Positions 36,321-48,649 of a stretch of 55,148 bases of DNA are shown in pieces. The translations under genes and the position numbers were made by a program. The DNA comes from Chromera velia (taxonomy: Eukaryota), in NCBI GenBank assembly GCA_018398765.1, contig JAHBMJ010000154.1, positions 1-55,148 of the forward strand, read 5' to 3'. The stretch's first letter is position 1. The number at the start of each line of letters is the position of its first letter. Under the pieces are notes generated by a model. That model saw only the letters and a list, made by a program, of their open reading frames with translations. It ran no database searches and had not been told where the DNA came from.

Positions 36321-39276
36321 CCATGATCCAATCAACAAACTTAATTGTCATTGATTCCCACGCCATTGAATACCCATCATTGACGTATATTGACGTGACC
36401 CGCCATTGGCAAGAAATATATAGATATATCGAATATGGCTCCTTATGTTTTCAATGGCAGTACTTGCCGCAGCAGGTGAAATAAGGTGAAATTTAGTGAA
36501 ATTGAACACGAAACTCATGAAACTATTCAAAACAAAATAAAACAAAATCAAAACTCTTTCATTTCTTGCATAATTTTTTTAAAAAATCGGTTTCTAAATT
36601 TGACTTCTGATTCACCAATAGAAACTTCTTAAATGTTTTTAAATTAAGGGATAAACCAAGGTGACGTGCAATGAATAGGAATCTGTAAATAACACAAAAC
36701 AGCTAAGTCTATTCATTTACAAACAAAAAAAAACATGCAAACCTAGATACAAACACTGGCAGTATGATGTTATAAACATACACATGAAAAACATATAATC
36801 AAAAAAATAATAATTCAAACAAAAGGATAACACTTTTAATAACTGAGATTATAACTCTAACAAAGATGTGAATTGTAGAAAAGAATTAATACAAAAAAAA
36901 AACAACTTGCAGCTATAGGTTCATACAGTAACATTTAATATGCTTGCAATGGAGTCTCCTAAGAAGTGGTTCTGTAAGTGATACCATATCTATGGTATAA
37001 CAGTATAATTTGATTATGTTTGATATAGTTATTCCAAGTCAATTAGTCAGTTAGACAGTGTAAAGGCGGGAAAGCAGACAGACAAGGCGTTTAATAAAGA
37101 AAAGAAGCCAGCACCACGCCCGAAATGGAGAGCAAAATACAGAAGGAGACAGTAAATGTATTATTTTATAGGTCTCATGTATCTCAACCGCCTCTTAAAT
37201 ATATAATTTGTCAGGTTTCATACTAGGTTTCACAGCTACAGACACCCAGCAAAGACTCGATCAGTCTTGCTGGCTGAAGAGTTTGCATCCAACGAATACC
37301 GCCAGCAAAGTTATGTCAAAGTGATTGAACGAACAAGTGACCCTCTTTCATTAAAATGAGAAGCCAAAATGCGATGGGACATCCAACCACACAGTTTATC
37401 AATTTCATGCATGATCGAAGGACAGCTACAGGTAACACGACAGCGACGTATGCGTGCCAGCAGGGAAGTGAAAAAACAAACAAAGGAGTGCGATACATCA
37501 GATTTACAACGTTCCGCTGTGAGTTCTCTAATTAATTATGGGACAATCAAATTCTTTTCAGCTTAAAGCTATAAAAGGATGCACACCTGGCAGTAAAACA
37601 CACGGCTGAAGCAAGTATCCGTTGCCACAAGTTTCTCAGATAGCAAAAAGGATAGGGAGGAAGAGAGGGACGCAGATAAACAGAAAGAAAGAAAGAACGA
37701 AAGAAAAAAAGAAAACAAATGCGAGGCACGTGTGGAATGATTGAATCCCATGCCTGCAAGCCTGTATCTATGCTGTGATTCTTCGATCTTCAGTATCCAC
37801 TCAGTGCTATCCTTCTTTCTTTACTTTCTAAGGCTTCCTTACACCTTCTTGCCTCGCCCTTTGCCCTGCTTGCCTGCAGGCCGGTGACATCTCTTCTCTC
37901 CTCTTCTCTTCTCTTCTCTTTTGTTTTCTTTGTCTTGTTCCTCCACCAAAGAAAGGACTCTGGCGCACCTCCAACGGGAACGAAGAAAAAAGATGCCTCC
38001 TGCCACGTTGAGGGGGGGGGGGGATAGGGTGTGTGGGCGCTCCTACTGTCCACTCCCCTATGCCCAGGGTGTGGAACCTCGAGGGAAGGTGGTTGAACAG
38101 ACAACGCTCCCCGAATCTGCAGAGCAGATAAATAAATCGATAGATCGGTCGATCGACAGGAGATTTGATTCGATTGGGAGAGACGAGAGATAGCCTATGC
38201 AGATATTTATTTCCTCTTTATATATTCAGACACTGTGACACAGCTAGGAAACATCATTCATTCTGTTCAGACAGTTGGCAGATCGAGTTGCTCCTCTGAA
38301 GCTTCGAGGACTTGAAGAAAAAGACCACGGTCAAACAACCTCTCAGACCCAGTTCTTTATTTCTCAATCTGCCAGCAGAAGTCAAGGAGAGAAGCTTCGA
38401 GAAGCTCAATCAAACAGAAAAAGACGTGCTACGAAACGTACAGTCAAAACACTCTGCTGGGTGATGGCGGAGTAGGCAGAAAGGTGAAAAGCGGAACCAT
38501 TTAACGGGATGAAGAGAAAGGCAAGTGGTCGACAGAGAAATCAGTAAGAGGAAATGTATCAAAGCAAAAGAAACAACGTTCAGACAGCCAGGAGGGAGTG
38601 AGGGTTTAAGTCCGAAGAAAGAAGAACGAGAGGCAAGAAGTAGGAAGGAAAGAAGGAAAGAAAGAAAGAAAGAAAGAAAGAAACAAAAAAAGAAAGAAAG
38701 AAAGAAAGAAAAAAAAAAAGGAAGAAAAGAAAGAACGAAGGCAAGAAAGAAGGAAGGAAAGAAAGAAAGAAAGAAAGAAAGGAAAGAGAGCATACAGAGA
38801 GGCAGACAGACACTATGCTTCCTATCTCTTCTTCTTCCCTTCTTTACACATCAACAGCTCACAAAGAACGATGAAAAAGAGAACGAACGAACGAGCCAAC
38901 GTAAGAAAACAAAACAAAACAAAAAGACAGAAATACTCCATGTGTCTTTCCTTCCTCTTCTTTTCATGAACACAACAGACAAAAAAAGGAGAAAGAATCC
39001 AAGACAAAAAAAAGGAAAATGGCCATAAAGATAAAATGGTCAATGGGGCCGAAAAGTGCACAGTCAAGCGCCCTTTCTCTGTCCCCCTCGCGACAGGACT
39101 TCGCATGATCACTGAATCCACACGCCACTTCCTGCTGCTTCCACTCAAGATAAGACAGGCAGACCAAAAGATAGAAAGAAAGGTAGAAAGAAAGAAGGAA
39201 AGAACGAAAGAAACAAGAGAAAGAAATTAGAAGAAAAAAAAAAGAAATGAGTAAAAGGATAAAGAACAAGACGGTC

Positions 39277-39308
<32 letters not shown>

Positions 39309-39469
39309 CAGACAGATAAATAGATAGATAGACGGACAGATAAACACACAGACAGCTAGATAGTCAGATAGATAGATAGATAAACAGATAAATAGATAGA
39401 GGAGCGGAGAGACAGACTATATGTTTCTTCTTCTTCTCCCTCCTTTTCTTCATGAACACAACAGACAAA

Positions 39470-39559
<90 letters not shown>

Positions 39560-40238
39560 AAGAAAGAAAGAACAAAGACACAAGAACAGCAACAACAATC
39601 AAACAGCGAGGGCAGGGGGCCCGAAAGGTGAGAGTTAAGCGCCCCTTGTCTTTCCACCTCCCGACAGACTTTCACGTGATCACTGGTTTCACACACTAAT
39701 CCTCTGCTGCTTCCACCCAAGACAAGAAAGAAGAGAAAAGAAGACGAGACAAGAAAAACCAACAAATAAAAAAGAAAAAAGAAACTAGAAAAAAAAGAAA
39801 GAAACTGCACGTGGGGACCGGCACCGTCATGGTTTTTAGACAGGGGTGGGGGGATGGGGGGGCATCCCTGCGGAGGGGGATTCTTCTGATGCTGTGTCTT
39901 CATATCTTATAGAAGGACTCTTTCGGCGGTAACGAAACTGTCAAAGACTTAGTCTCATACCGAAAGAGCAACGGTGCTGGTGGGGCCGAAAACCTTCTCC
40001 AAAATCTCTTCTCTGTATCAGAATTCCTGTTCTGAAGGGGGTGGGTTTTGATGCTCTTGGTCATGCGTGGGAGCTGGGTGGGGGATACCGCCAGAAGCAG
40101 AAGTAGAAGCCAAGGCGGAGCGGACAGACAGACAGACAGACAGGCAGACAGACAGACAGATAGACAGACAGACAGACAGAGAAACAGAGAAACAGAGAGA
40201 CAGAAAGACAGAGAGACAGAGAGACAGACAGATAGATG

Positions 40239-40269
<31 letters not shown>

Positions 40270-40330
40270 GGAGAGGTCACCATGGACTGACAATACATAC
40301 CTAACTGAGTTCAAAGTACTGACTGACTGA

Positions 40331-42075
40331 CTAACTGACTGACGGGCATATTTCTGTATCTACTAAGTTTTTGCAGCGGGGAGGGAGTCCGTCTCCGTTC
40401 ACTTCGGACATCTCCGGGTCCATGTAGGTGCAGAAGTCCCTCGAGTGGAAATGGAGGTCTGTGCAAACACCCGTGTGTATTTGGTGGTGGGGGCCGCAAC
40501 GAAGAGCGAGGCAGTGGCAGATCTCTTCTGCTCTTGCTTGTCTGTATTCTTGACGAAGTTTAACTTTTTCCTCATCTCTCTGCCGCTCTTCCTCTTCCCG
40601 CTTCTTCCTTTCCTCTTCCCCTCTCTTCCTGTATAATTCTTTCCATGCCCTTCTTTCCTCCTCCACCTTTCTTTGCGCCTTCTCCCTCTTCTGCCGTTCT
40701 TCTTCTTCCCTTTTCTTCCGTTCTTCTTCGGTTCTCTTCCTGTATTCCTCCTCCCGTCTCTTTCTTTCCTCCTCCACCTTTCTTTATTCCTCCTCCCACC
40801 TCCGCCGCTCTTCCGCTTCCCTTTCTTTCAGCTCCTCCCACTTTTGCCGGTCTTGCTTGTCCCTTTCCCTTCTAAATTCCTCTTCCTGTCTCCTTCTTTC
40901 CTCATCCACCTTAAAGTTTCTTTGTGTCTCCCCTCTCTTCTGCTGCTCTTCCTCTTCCTTCCTCTTCCGCTCCTCTTCCCTTCTCTTTCTCTCCTCTTCC
41001 ACCTTTCTTTGTGCCTCCTCCCTCTTCTACCGTTATGTGGTCAGGAACGCAGCGATAGACCTGAGCACCTCTTCGTCCACTTGAACTGCAAACTGCCTCC
41101 CGCATAATCCCGGGAAGGCAACGGGGAAGCACGCTCTTTTGAGTTGAGAGAGGAGGTCCTCAAAGCCCAGACCGAAACGCTCGTTGGAAGGGTCTGAATT
41201 CAAATCCCAACACAGCTGTGAGGCTTCGAGATTCAGAGCCCTGACAACCTATAAGGCCCCCTCTTCGGGGTTGCTCTCCGTACTCCTTCCCTCAAGATAC
41301 ATCGAGGCTAACTCGGAAAGGGCAGAGACGGCTTGAGAAAGAGAGAAAAACGAAAAGATGTTCAAAGATAGAACAGGACGCAGCTTGCAGGCATCAACGG
41401 AACCCCTCATACCGCTGAGATACCACACAGATTCAGGTGTAGGATCAGACTGCGTGTCTGACTGGGACTCTGGTTTCCCTTCTCCGTCTCCTCCCTTTGT
41501 AAACGTGGGAGCAGCAGCATTCTTACTGAAACCTCCATCATTTTTCTTATCTTCCTCCTCCTGTCTCAAACGACTGGGAGGTACGCCTCTCTTCCCCTTT
41601 CCCCCTTCTGCTTCTGTAGATTGTGTTGGTGTAAAATGGGTCAGCAGAACTTTCTCTATCTTTGCCTTCTGTTCTTTGAACAGTGCTGCCTCAAGCAGAT
41701 GCACACACTCTGAGTGGCCTTTTTCCTTTGCTACAGAAAGGGCCGTGTCATGGATGCCACAGCTGGGGCAAGAGTTGTGGTGCAGGTTCGCACCCTTCCC
41801 GAGAAGGAAGGAGACAACAGACGGGTAACAGAATCGGGACGCAGCAACGAGTGCCGTGTCTTTCTTCTAAGTCGACTCCTTCTCGTATCCCGATTTCTCC
41901 CCCGCCTCTGTCCACGAACCATAATCGTCCACATCCCCCCCCTCATTTACATAACGCTTCACAGCCGATAGATCTCCCCGCATGGCATAGAGAACGATAG
42001 GAGGGTCTTCCGTGGTGCGGGAAGCTTCGCATCTCAAAATATTCCACGCTCTAGACCCTGGATGTTCTGAGACAT
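40331..42075 (-). pseudogene. Decayed ankyrin-repeat plus charged coiled-coil gene
   Basis: Minus-strand frames give PIVLYAMRGDLSAVKRYVNEG...EKSGYEKEST*KKDTALVAASRFCYPSVVSFLLGKGAN...DTALSVAKEKGHSECVHLLEAA. Then ALSELASMYLEGR (Sel1-like?) and E/R/K-rich repeats follow, with several stops and frameshifts. It may extend further left. Confidence 0.65.
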
Positions 42076-42659
42076 CTCCGTCTCCCTCTCTCTTGTCTTT
42101 ATCTAAACCAGACTGACATTTTCCCTAGTCACCCCACCCTTTCCGAAAATTTAGGTATCCTCTTCTGAGACAGTAAGCTTCGTAGGGTCGGAATCGGTAC
42201 TGAGTAGTACTGTAGAAAATGTACATGCCCTCAGATTTTTTCACTGCCGTTAACAGGTTGTGACAATTAATCTTTTGGTCGGATAAGCAGCGCGTACCCT
42301 GCGAAAGAAACAAACCGCGGTCAGTAAACTAACAGGAACAGGTTTCATGATCTACTCAACTCACTGACAGCTGTACAAACTGGTGTTGTCGATGACACAT
42401 CGATTAAATTGACCCCCAAATTCCGCAGGGCCGGAATTTCATTCAATAGAGTCCTATTTGATCCTATTTGGTGCGCATAGAGAATTTTGGAGATGCATGG
42501 AGTGGCTGAGTTTGTGATACAGTGTCACAGTCTTGCATCTGGTATTAACATGCACGCGGCATGCGTGATGCCGGCATCATTGTCATCAACTGTTATATAA
42601 TCAACATCGCATCAACGATCGATCAGGCAAGTGCGCCTTAGCAGGGCCTTATCGGAGGC

Positions 42660-43830
42660 TATGAAAGACAGGTTTTTAACCTCTGGTAACCTCTGGTCTT
42701 ACACTACTATAGTCCAGTTTAATGGCAGTTTTCTCCAGACCGGTTAAAGGTCCGGTTTGATACTATGTGTGTAGAAGTGGCAGCGTTCTCCGGGTCGTTG
42801 AGGGCGCACAGTGAGCAACTCTCCGTGGGTATGTCAGAAGAAAGACTTCTAAAGATTGATTGAGGAAGGGAGAGAAAAAGAAAAAAAAAAAGAACCAGAA
42901 GAGGAAGTTGAAGAGATATGAGCAGAAGAAGGAAGTCAATTAAAAAAAGGGAAGAGGAGTAGGGTCTTCTCTTGATTAAGGTCTTTCTCTCTTGGCGAAG
43001 GGTAGCCTTTGTTAAGGGAAAAAAAGGTTATGAAGGTTCTGCTCTGTCTCTCCTCTCTCCATTTGGCTCTCTTATCCTGCAGTTGGAGGCGCGAGTGAGA
43101 AAGTGATTGATCAGTAGACTTGTTTGTAGACCTTCTGATAAACTAGGCTAGATTCACCCCTCATATATAAGGACACGGCATGCATAACAAAACCCTTAAT
43201 CATTATTTATGTTTATGGGAGTTCAAAGGACCAGCATCATAATAAAAAACAAAGTTTATATATTTCTACTAAATACTAGTGTTTATACTCCATTTGTTAT
43301 GATTAGTTACGGTTTGCATACAGTAACAAAACTAAAATACTTCGCGCCCACTTTAGCCTACTCTAGCCCACTCTCATGTAGAAAGTCTAGTAGAGACTAG
43401 TAGAGACAGGAGTAAAAATATATAAAAGCATAACCGTACATAACCCCCCTGACACACAAGTAAACTTAAAATGCTGCGCCATAAGCGCGGTCAGACTTGG
43501 AACGCCTGCGCCGCATGTGTGGCTTAACTTGAAGGTACCGCGCCGAAAGCGTGGCCAAAATAAAGTATACTTAAAATTTTTTGTAGAAGGCGCAGACAGT
43601 CTTGAAAGAACCGAACCGCAGGCGCGGCCAGCATTAAAAAATCTATTTCAAGACAGAATAGAGTGTCAGGAGGGTTCCGTACATAACCGTTATACTACAT
43701 GGGAGTACAACTTAGTAGAAAGCCGTTACTTTTAGATCAACACAGTCTATCAAACAATAAATAAAAAAGAAAAACTAAAAATACTGAACCATCAGCTAGA
43801 CTTACTACAGTGCAATTCGATTTATTGTGG
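42660..43830. repeat. Dispersed unclassified repeat; related pieces at about 46780-47040, 47540-47590, 48170-48645 and 52560-52770
   Basis: Shared blocks include AAAGACAGGTTTTTAAC, TTGTTTGTARACCTTCTGA, ACTAGGCTAGAT, GACACGGCATGCATAA, AGAGACTAGTAGA, AAAGCATAACC, and AAAATACT..ACCATCA...CGATTTATT.TGGCAGT. Confidence 0.6.
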
Positions 43831-44147
43831 CAGTAATTTGAGATTAGACTTATATTCTATAGTATGTTATAGCTTCAGAGAGGTCTCTTCAAATTATATC
43901 AATGTAGGAAAGGGAATTTATAAAAAGCCAGACAAAAAGAAATTCGATCAACTAAGCTATGTAATGAATTAACCACCTCAGCTCATTGCCTCAACTAAAG
44001 CCTACCTAAGGACAAAGTTGAATTCTTAAATCTAATTTTGCTAGTAACTCTCAGGCTGGATGCAGGGGCTGGGGTTGAATATATATATATATATATATAT
44101 ATGTATAATTTGAAACAGATAGATGGTTAGAGAAAGGGATACAAATA

Positions 44148-44148
44148 G

Positions 44149-44186
<38 letters not shown>

Positions 44187-44229
44187 GGAGAGAGAGAGAG
44201 ACAGACTAACAGACTGACAGACTGACAGG

Positions 44230-44271
<42 letters not shown>

Positions 44272-44836
44272 GACACACAGAGACAGATAGACAGACAGAC
44301 AGACAGACACAGACAGACAGACAGAGACAGACAGAGACAGACAGAGGCAGACAGAGACAGACAGAGACAGATAGAGACAGACAGAGACAGACAGAGACAG
44401 ACAGAGACAGAGACAGACAGAGACAGACAGAGACAGACAGAGACAGACAGAGACAGACAGAGACAGACAGAGACAGACAGAGACAGACAGAGGCAGACAG
44501 AGACAGACAGAGACAGACAGAGACAGACAGAGACAGACAGAGACAGACAGAGACAGACAGAGACAGACACTGTCAGAGACAGACAGAGACAGGCAGAGAC
44601 AGACAGAGGCAGACAGAGACAGATAGACACAGACAGATAGACAGACAGAGACAGACAGAGACAGACAGAGACAGACAGAGACAGAGACAGATAGAGACAG
44701 AGACATACAGAGACAGACAGGGACAGACAGGGACAGACAGACAGACAGACAGACAGACACAGACAGAGACAGACAGAGACAGACACAGACAGAGCCAGAC
44801 AGAGACAGACAGAGACAGACAGACAGACAGACAGAC

Positions 44837-44869
<33 letters not shown>

Positions 44870-44981
44870 GACAGACAGAGAGACAGACTATATGGTTTCT
44901 TTTTTTCCCTTTTCTCTTCATGACAGACAGACAAACTATATGGTTTCTTCTTTTCCCTCTTCTCTTCATGACAGACGGACA

Positions 44982-45014
<33 letters not shown>

Positions 45015-45037
45015 CAGACAGACAGACAGACACAGAC

Positions 45038-45068
<31 letters not shown>

Positions 45069-45191
45069 TAGACAGACAGACAGAGACAGAGAGACAGAGA
45101 GACAGAGAGACAGAGAGACAGAGAGACAGAGAGACAGAGACAGAGAGACAGAGACAGACAGAGACAGCCAGACAGACAGACAGACAGACAG

Positions 45192-45233
<42 letters not shown>

Positions 45234-45243
45234 AGAGACAGAC

Positions 45244-45299
<56 letters not shown>

Positions 45300-45360
45300 C
45301 GACCGACCGACCGACCGACCGACCGACCGACAGACAGACAGAGAGATCGAAAAAGACAGA
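44148..45360. repeat. About 1.2-kb compound (AGAC/AGACAGACAG)n satellite
   Basis: Directly visible; source of the spurious SVCL-type ORFs. Confidence 0.95.
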
Positions 45361-45496
45361 CCAAGAGAGAGAACACGACAGAGAGGGATACCATCGGAGG
45401 TACGTGAGCCTTTTGGGAGCACAGCCTCTCCGGCACCCCTTTTTCTTTCCCAGTCTCACTTATTTTTTTTTTTGCTCCCATGTGTGCATCAGGCAA

Positions 45497-45710
45497 AGAT
45501 ACTCACTTGCATGCAGCTAGAGGAGCCCGTCTACTTGCACGTACACTGCAACACTGCAGCACTGTATGTATTTATGCATGTACGTAGATGCTCACCTGCA
45601 TGCAGCTAGAAGAGCCCGTCTACTTGCACGTACACTGCAACATTGCAGCACTGTATGTATATATGTAGATGCTCACTTGCATGCAACTAGAGTAGTCCGT
45701 CTACTTGCAT
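45497..45710. repeat. Tandem repeat, 2.5 units of 81-89 bp, abutting the stop codon of the 198-aa gene
   Basis: Units start at 45497, 45586 and 45667 (AGATRCTCACYTGCATGCARCTAGA...CCGTCTACTTGCA). Confidence 0.9.
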
Positions 45711-45711
45711 A

Positions 45712-46308
45712 TTAGTAATCCTCCTCTGGCTCCACAAAGGCCCCCTCTTTCTGCTGTCCGTGCACGCACGCGACAACCTTGTTGACAATGGCAGCTAAAA
45801 TCAGTCCGCAGGGTGCAGCCGCACAGACATAGAACTCCACGGGGGAGACTTCGAATTTCTCCTTCATCAGGAACGCGGTACAGACAAGGGCGGTGGAGAT
45901 GATGTAAGTTTGCGCTTCTGCAACAACACTCCCGTAGTGCTTCAGGTCGATGGCAATGAAGTAAGCCACGTCAGCCATCCAGGGCCACAGGGAAAGGAAA
46001 AAGGACCAGCGGTTCAGTTGGAGGACAAAATAGCAGTCCAGGAGTGACCAAATGCCGACAAAGAAGAGGTTGAATCCGTGTTGGATGAGAATACGAACGT
46101 TCAGATCGGACCATTTTCTGGTATTTTCGACTTCACGTTTCAGAGACTGCGGGGCGGCTTCACAAATTCCCACTAAAGGCTTTGCCAGGTCCCCTTTAAA
46201 TGCGCCAGACAAGACAATACCGCCTGCCATGAGATGAATGAGACCCCATTCCAGGAAGCACCCAAAAGCCACCCACTTGAGGATGGCGTTGATCGTCTCT
46301 GGGTTCAT
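45712..46308 (-). CDS. Uncharacterised multi-pass membrane protein, intronless, 198 aa
   Basis: Clean, non-repetitive ORF with about five hydrophobic segments and polar motifs WGLIH, QHGFNL and AD..YF...DL. TGCATGCA/CGCG promoter-like patches lie at 46475-46655. Confidence 0.8.
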   Translation of the reverse strand: MNPETINAILKWVAFGCFLEWGLIHLMAGGIVLSGAFKGDLAKPLVGICEAAPQSLKREVENTRKWSDLNVRILIQHGFNLFFVGIWSLLDCYFVLQLNRWSFFLSLWPWMADVAYFIAIDLKHYGSVVAEAQTYIISTALVCTAFLMKEKFEVSPVEFYVCAAAPCGLILAAIVNKVVACVHGQQKEGAFVEPEEDY

Positions 46309-48649
46309 CCTGCAGGCAACAGCTAAATAGAAGCAGCGACTGGAGACAGGAAGCTGTTGTCAATGGGAGAATGGAAGAAAGGTGCGGCAGACAGAGTCGA
46401 TCAACTGGACTTCTGTGCTGTGATCGAGCCTTTTGTAGGCCTGTCTAGGCCTATAGCTGCCTATATAGGAGAGCCTCGCGCGTGCATGCATATGTGAAAC
46501 CGGAGAGGTGCATGCTATAAAGAATATATATATATATATATATATATGTGAAATTAAAAAAAAAATGTGAAATTAAATTAAGTGTTAAAAAAAAAAAAGT
46601 GAAACCACTCCATGCATGCATGCATGGCCATGCAAGCTACTCGCGCGCGCGGCACGTTAATTTGTCCACTGAGGGCGCAAACTGAATGAATCTGAATTTC
46701 TTTGGCAATGCAAGAAGAAAGAAGAGGAATGAATAAAAGCGCAAGCAAATAAAGTTTCAAAAAGGAAAATCATTCAGAAAAGTTTAGGGCGCTGTGTTTA
46801 AAGAAAGAGGTGTGAGGAGTTGATGGAAGAGAGGGAAGAGGGTAGCCTTTTCCCAATGAAAGAACTGAAGTGTTGTGAAGGTTCTGCCCTACATCTCCTC
46901 TATCTTTTTTCTCTCTCTTTTGTTTGTCTATTCTCTCATGAAGCCCCGATTGATAAGCTGTATTAAAGTGATCGAAGTCGTTTTTATTTTAGTCGCTGGT
47001 GGTTTTAGGACAGAACTGATCGACAAACTAGGTTAGATCCGTCTCTCATATATGGGAACACTGTGAATGTGTGTGCTTATCTCGCTTCCTGTGTGTCCAA
47101 CGAGCTCTGTCTGTGTATGTAGAGACAAGGAGAGAAGAAGGTAAACGACAGCACACGGCATGCATGCTAAATGATGTGAGACTGAAGGCATGGCGCGTGC
47201 GTGCAGACCGAGCGACATGCAGACGCATGCAGATTGATGCTGCGTATCCCCAATCGGATACGTACATAGCATCCAGATTAAAATACATGCGATCAAGCAT
47301 AAGAATTAGCTCTAATTGATCTCCTTGTCTCTGGTCTTACAAATAGAAAGAAACGGCTCGATCTACCTAGCTGGAAGGGACTGACTCTATGCATATATGA
47401 TTGAACTTCTTATGGTAAAGCGTTATAGCAGACGTGTAGGCTTAGCGTTACTTAGCGTATAGGCGTTCAGGCTAGGTGAAGCGTACAAGTCTGCTCGGCA
47501 GAGCTATAGAGAAGTTCCCAAAACGAACCGCCAACAGCCATAGACGCGGCATGCATGATAAAACCTTGAATCATCATTTGTTTATGTCAACTGTGTCAGA
47601 GATTTCACGAAGTTTTTTTTTAGGACCAATACGTACAGCCAAACGGACTTCAAAATCGTATACAACTATAGCGACTCTGACTGTATATATGATTTTGAAG
47701 GTTTTGGTCACTCAAACATATTGGAAATAAAAATTTAGAGCCTGTTGTTTGGGCTCTCACCAAGCAGGGGACGGCACTGTTGCTCGGGCAATATTTTGAG
47801 CTGTTTAGTTGGTAGTAAGTTTTTAATAGGTGTATAGAGAGGTCTAATTCGTTTCTGATACAACAGTTAACAACAGTTCTGATCATTAGACACACTCACA
47901 AGATTTAAACAAAATTCATTGTATCATTTGATCATTGCTCTCGTAGAACCAAGTTCATTACTCTTGAGTTCAGAACAAGAGTTAGTTGAAGCGCGTCTCT
48001 TTGGCAGCTCTGACAATGCATTTGTCTGTAGTTCTTCCTATATGTTTGTAGGTATTTGTGGGTGCTGCTATTCTTCTTTTATCATTTTTCTAGCTCCTAG
48101 TTCTGGCTTTTGTTGAGACTGGTTATGGGCTAGCACTACTTAAAAATACTTAGAAAGGCCTTGTTGGAGCCTGTAAAAGACAGGTTTTTAACTTGATGAA
48201 CAGACTAAGTCATTTGTTTGTAAACCTTCTGACAATTTTAACTAGGCTAGATGCGGCCTTTATATAAGGTGACACGGCATGCATAATGCATGCATAACAA
48301 AGCCTTCAATAATCATTTTAACCCCTGGTCTTACTAGGTCTCACACTAGTACTATATTCAAGTTTTTTCCAACTTTAGGCCAAGTCGCTCTCCTCTTCAT
48401 GGGCCTTTGCAACTGCCATTTGCTACTATTTGTATTAAAGGGACCAACACTATAAGAAAACACCAAGTTTGTATGTTTCTGCTTATACTCCGTTTGTTAC
48501 CGTTTGTTACAGTCTTATACGTACGCTGTGGAAGTTATACGGCTTGTACTATATGCAGTAACGAAACCAAAATACCTTGGCATATACTGGCAATACGCGA
48601 CTATTCTACTGTAGAAACGTTATTAGAGACTAGTAGAAATGGAAGTTGA

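Noticed and set aside
43464..43631. CRISPR-like array
   Set aside because: The units are contiguous and degenerate with no unique spacers, there are no cas genes, and the context is eukaryotic.
47028..47370. Sixth CTAGG...CCTAG element
   Set aside because: The flanks (TCGACAAA vs CTGGAAGG) form no TSD, and the left CTAGG is an internal part of the dispersed repeat also seen at about 43143 and 48242.
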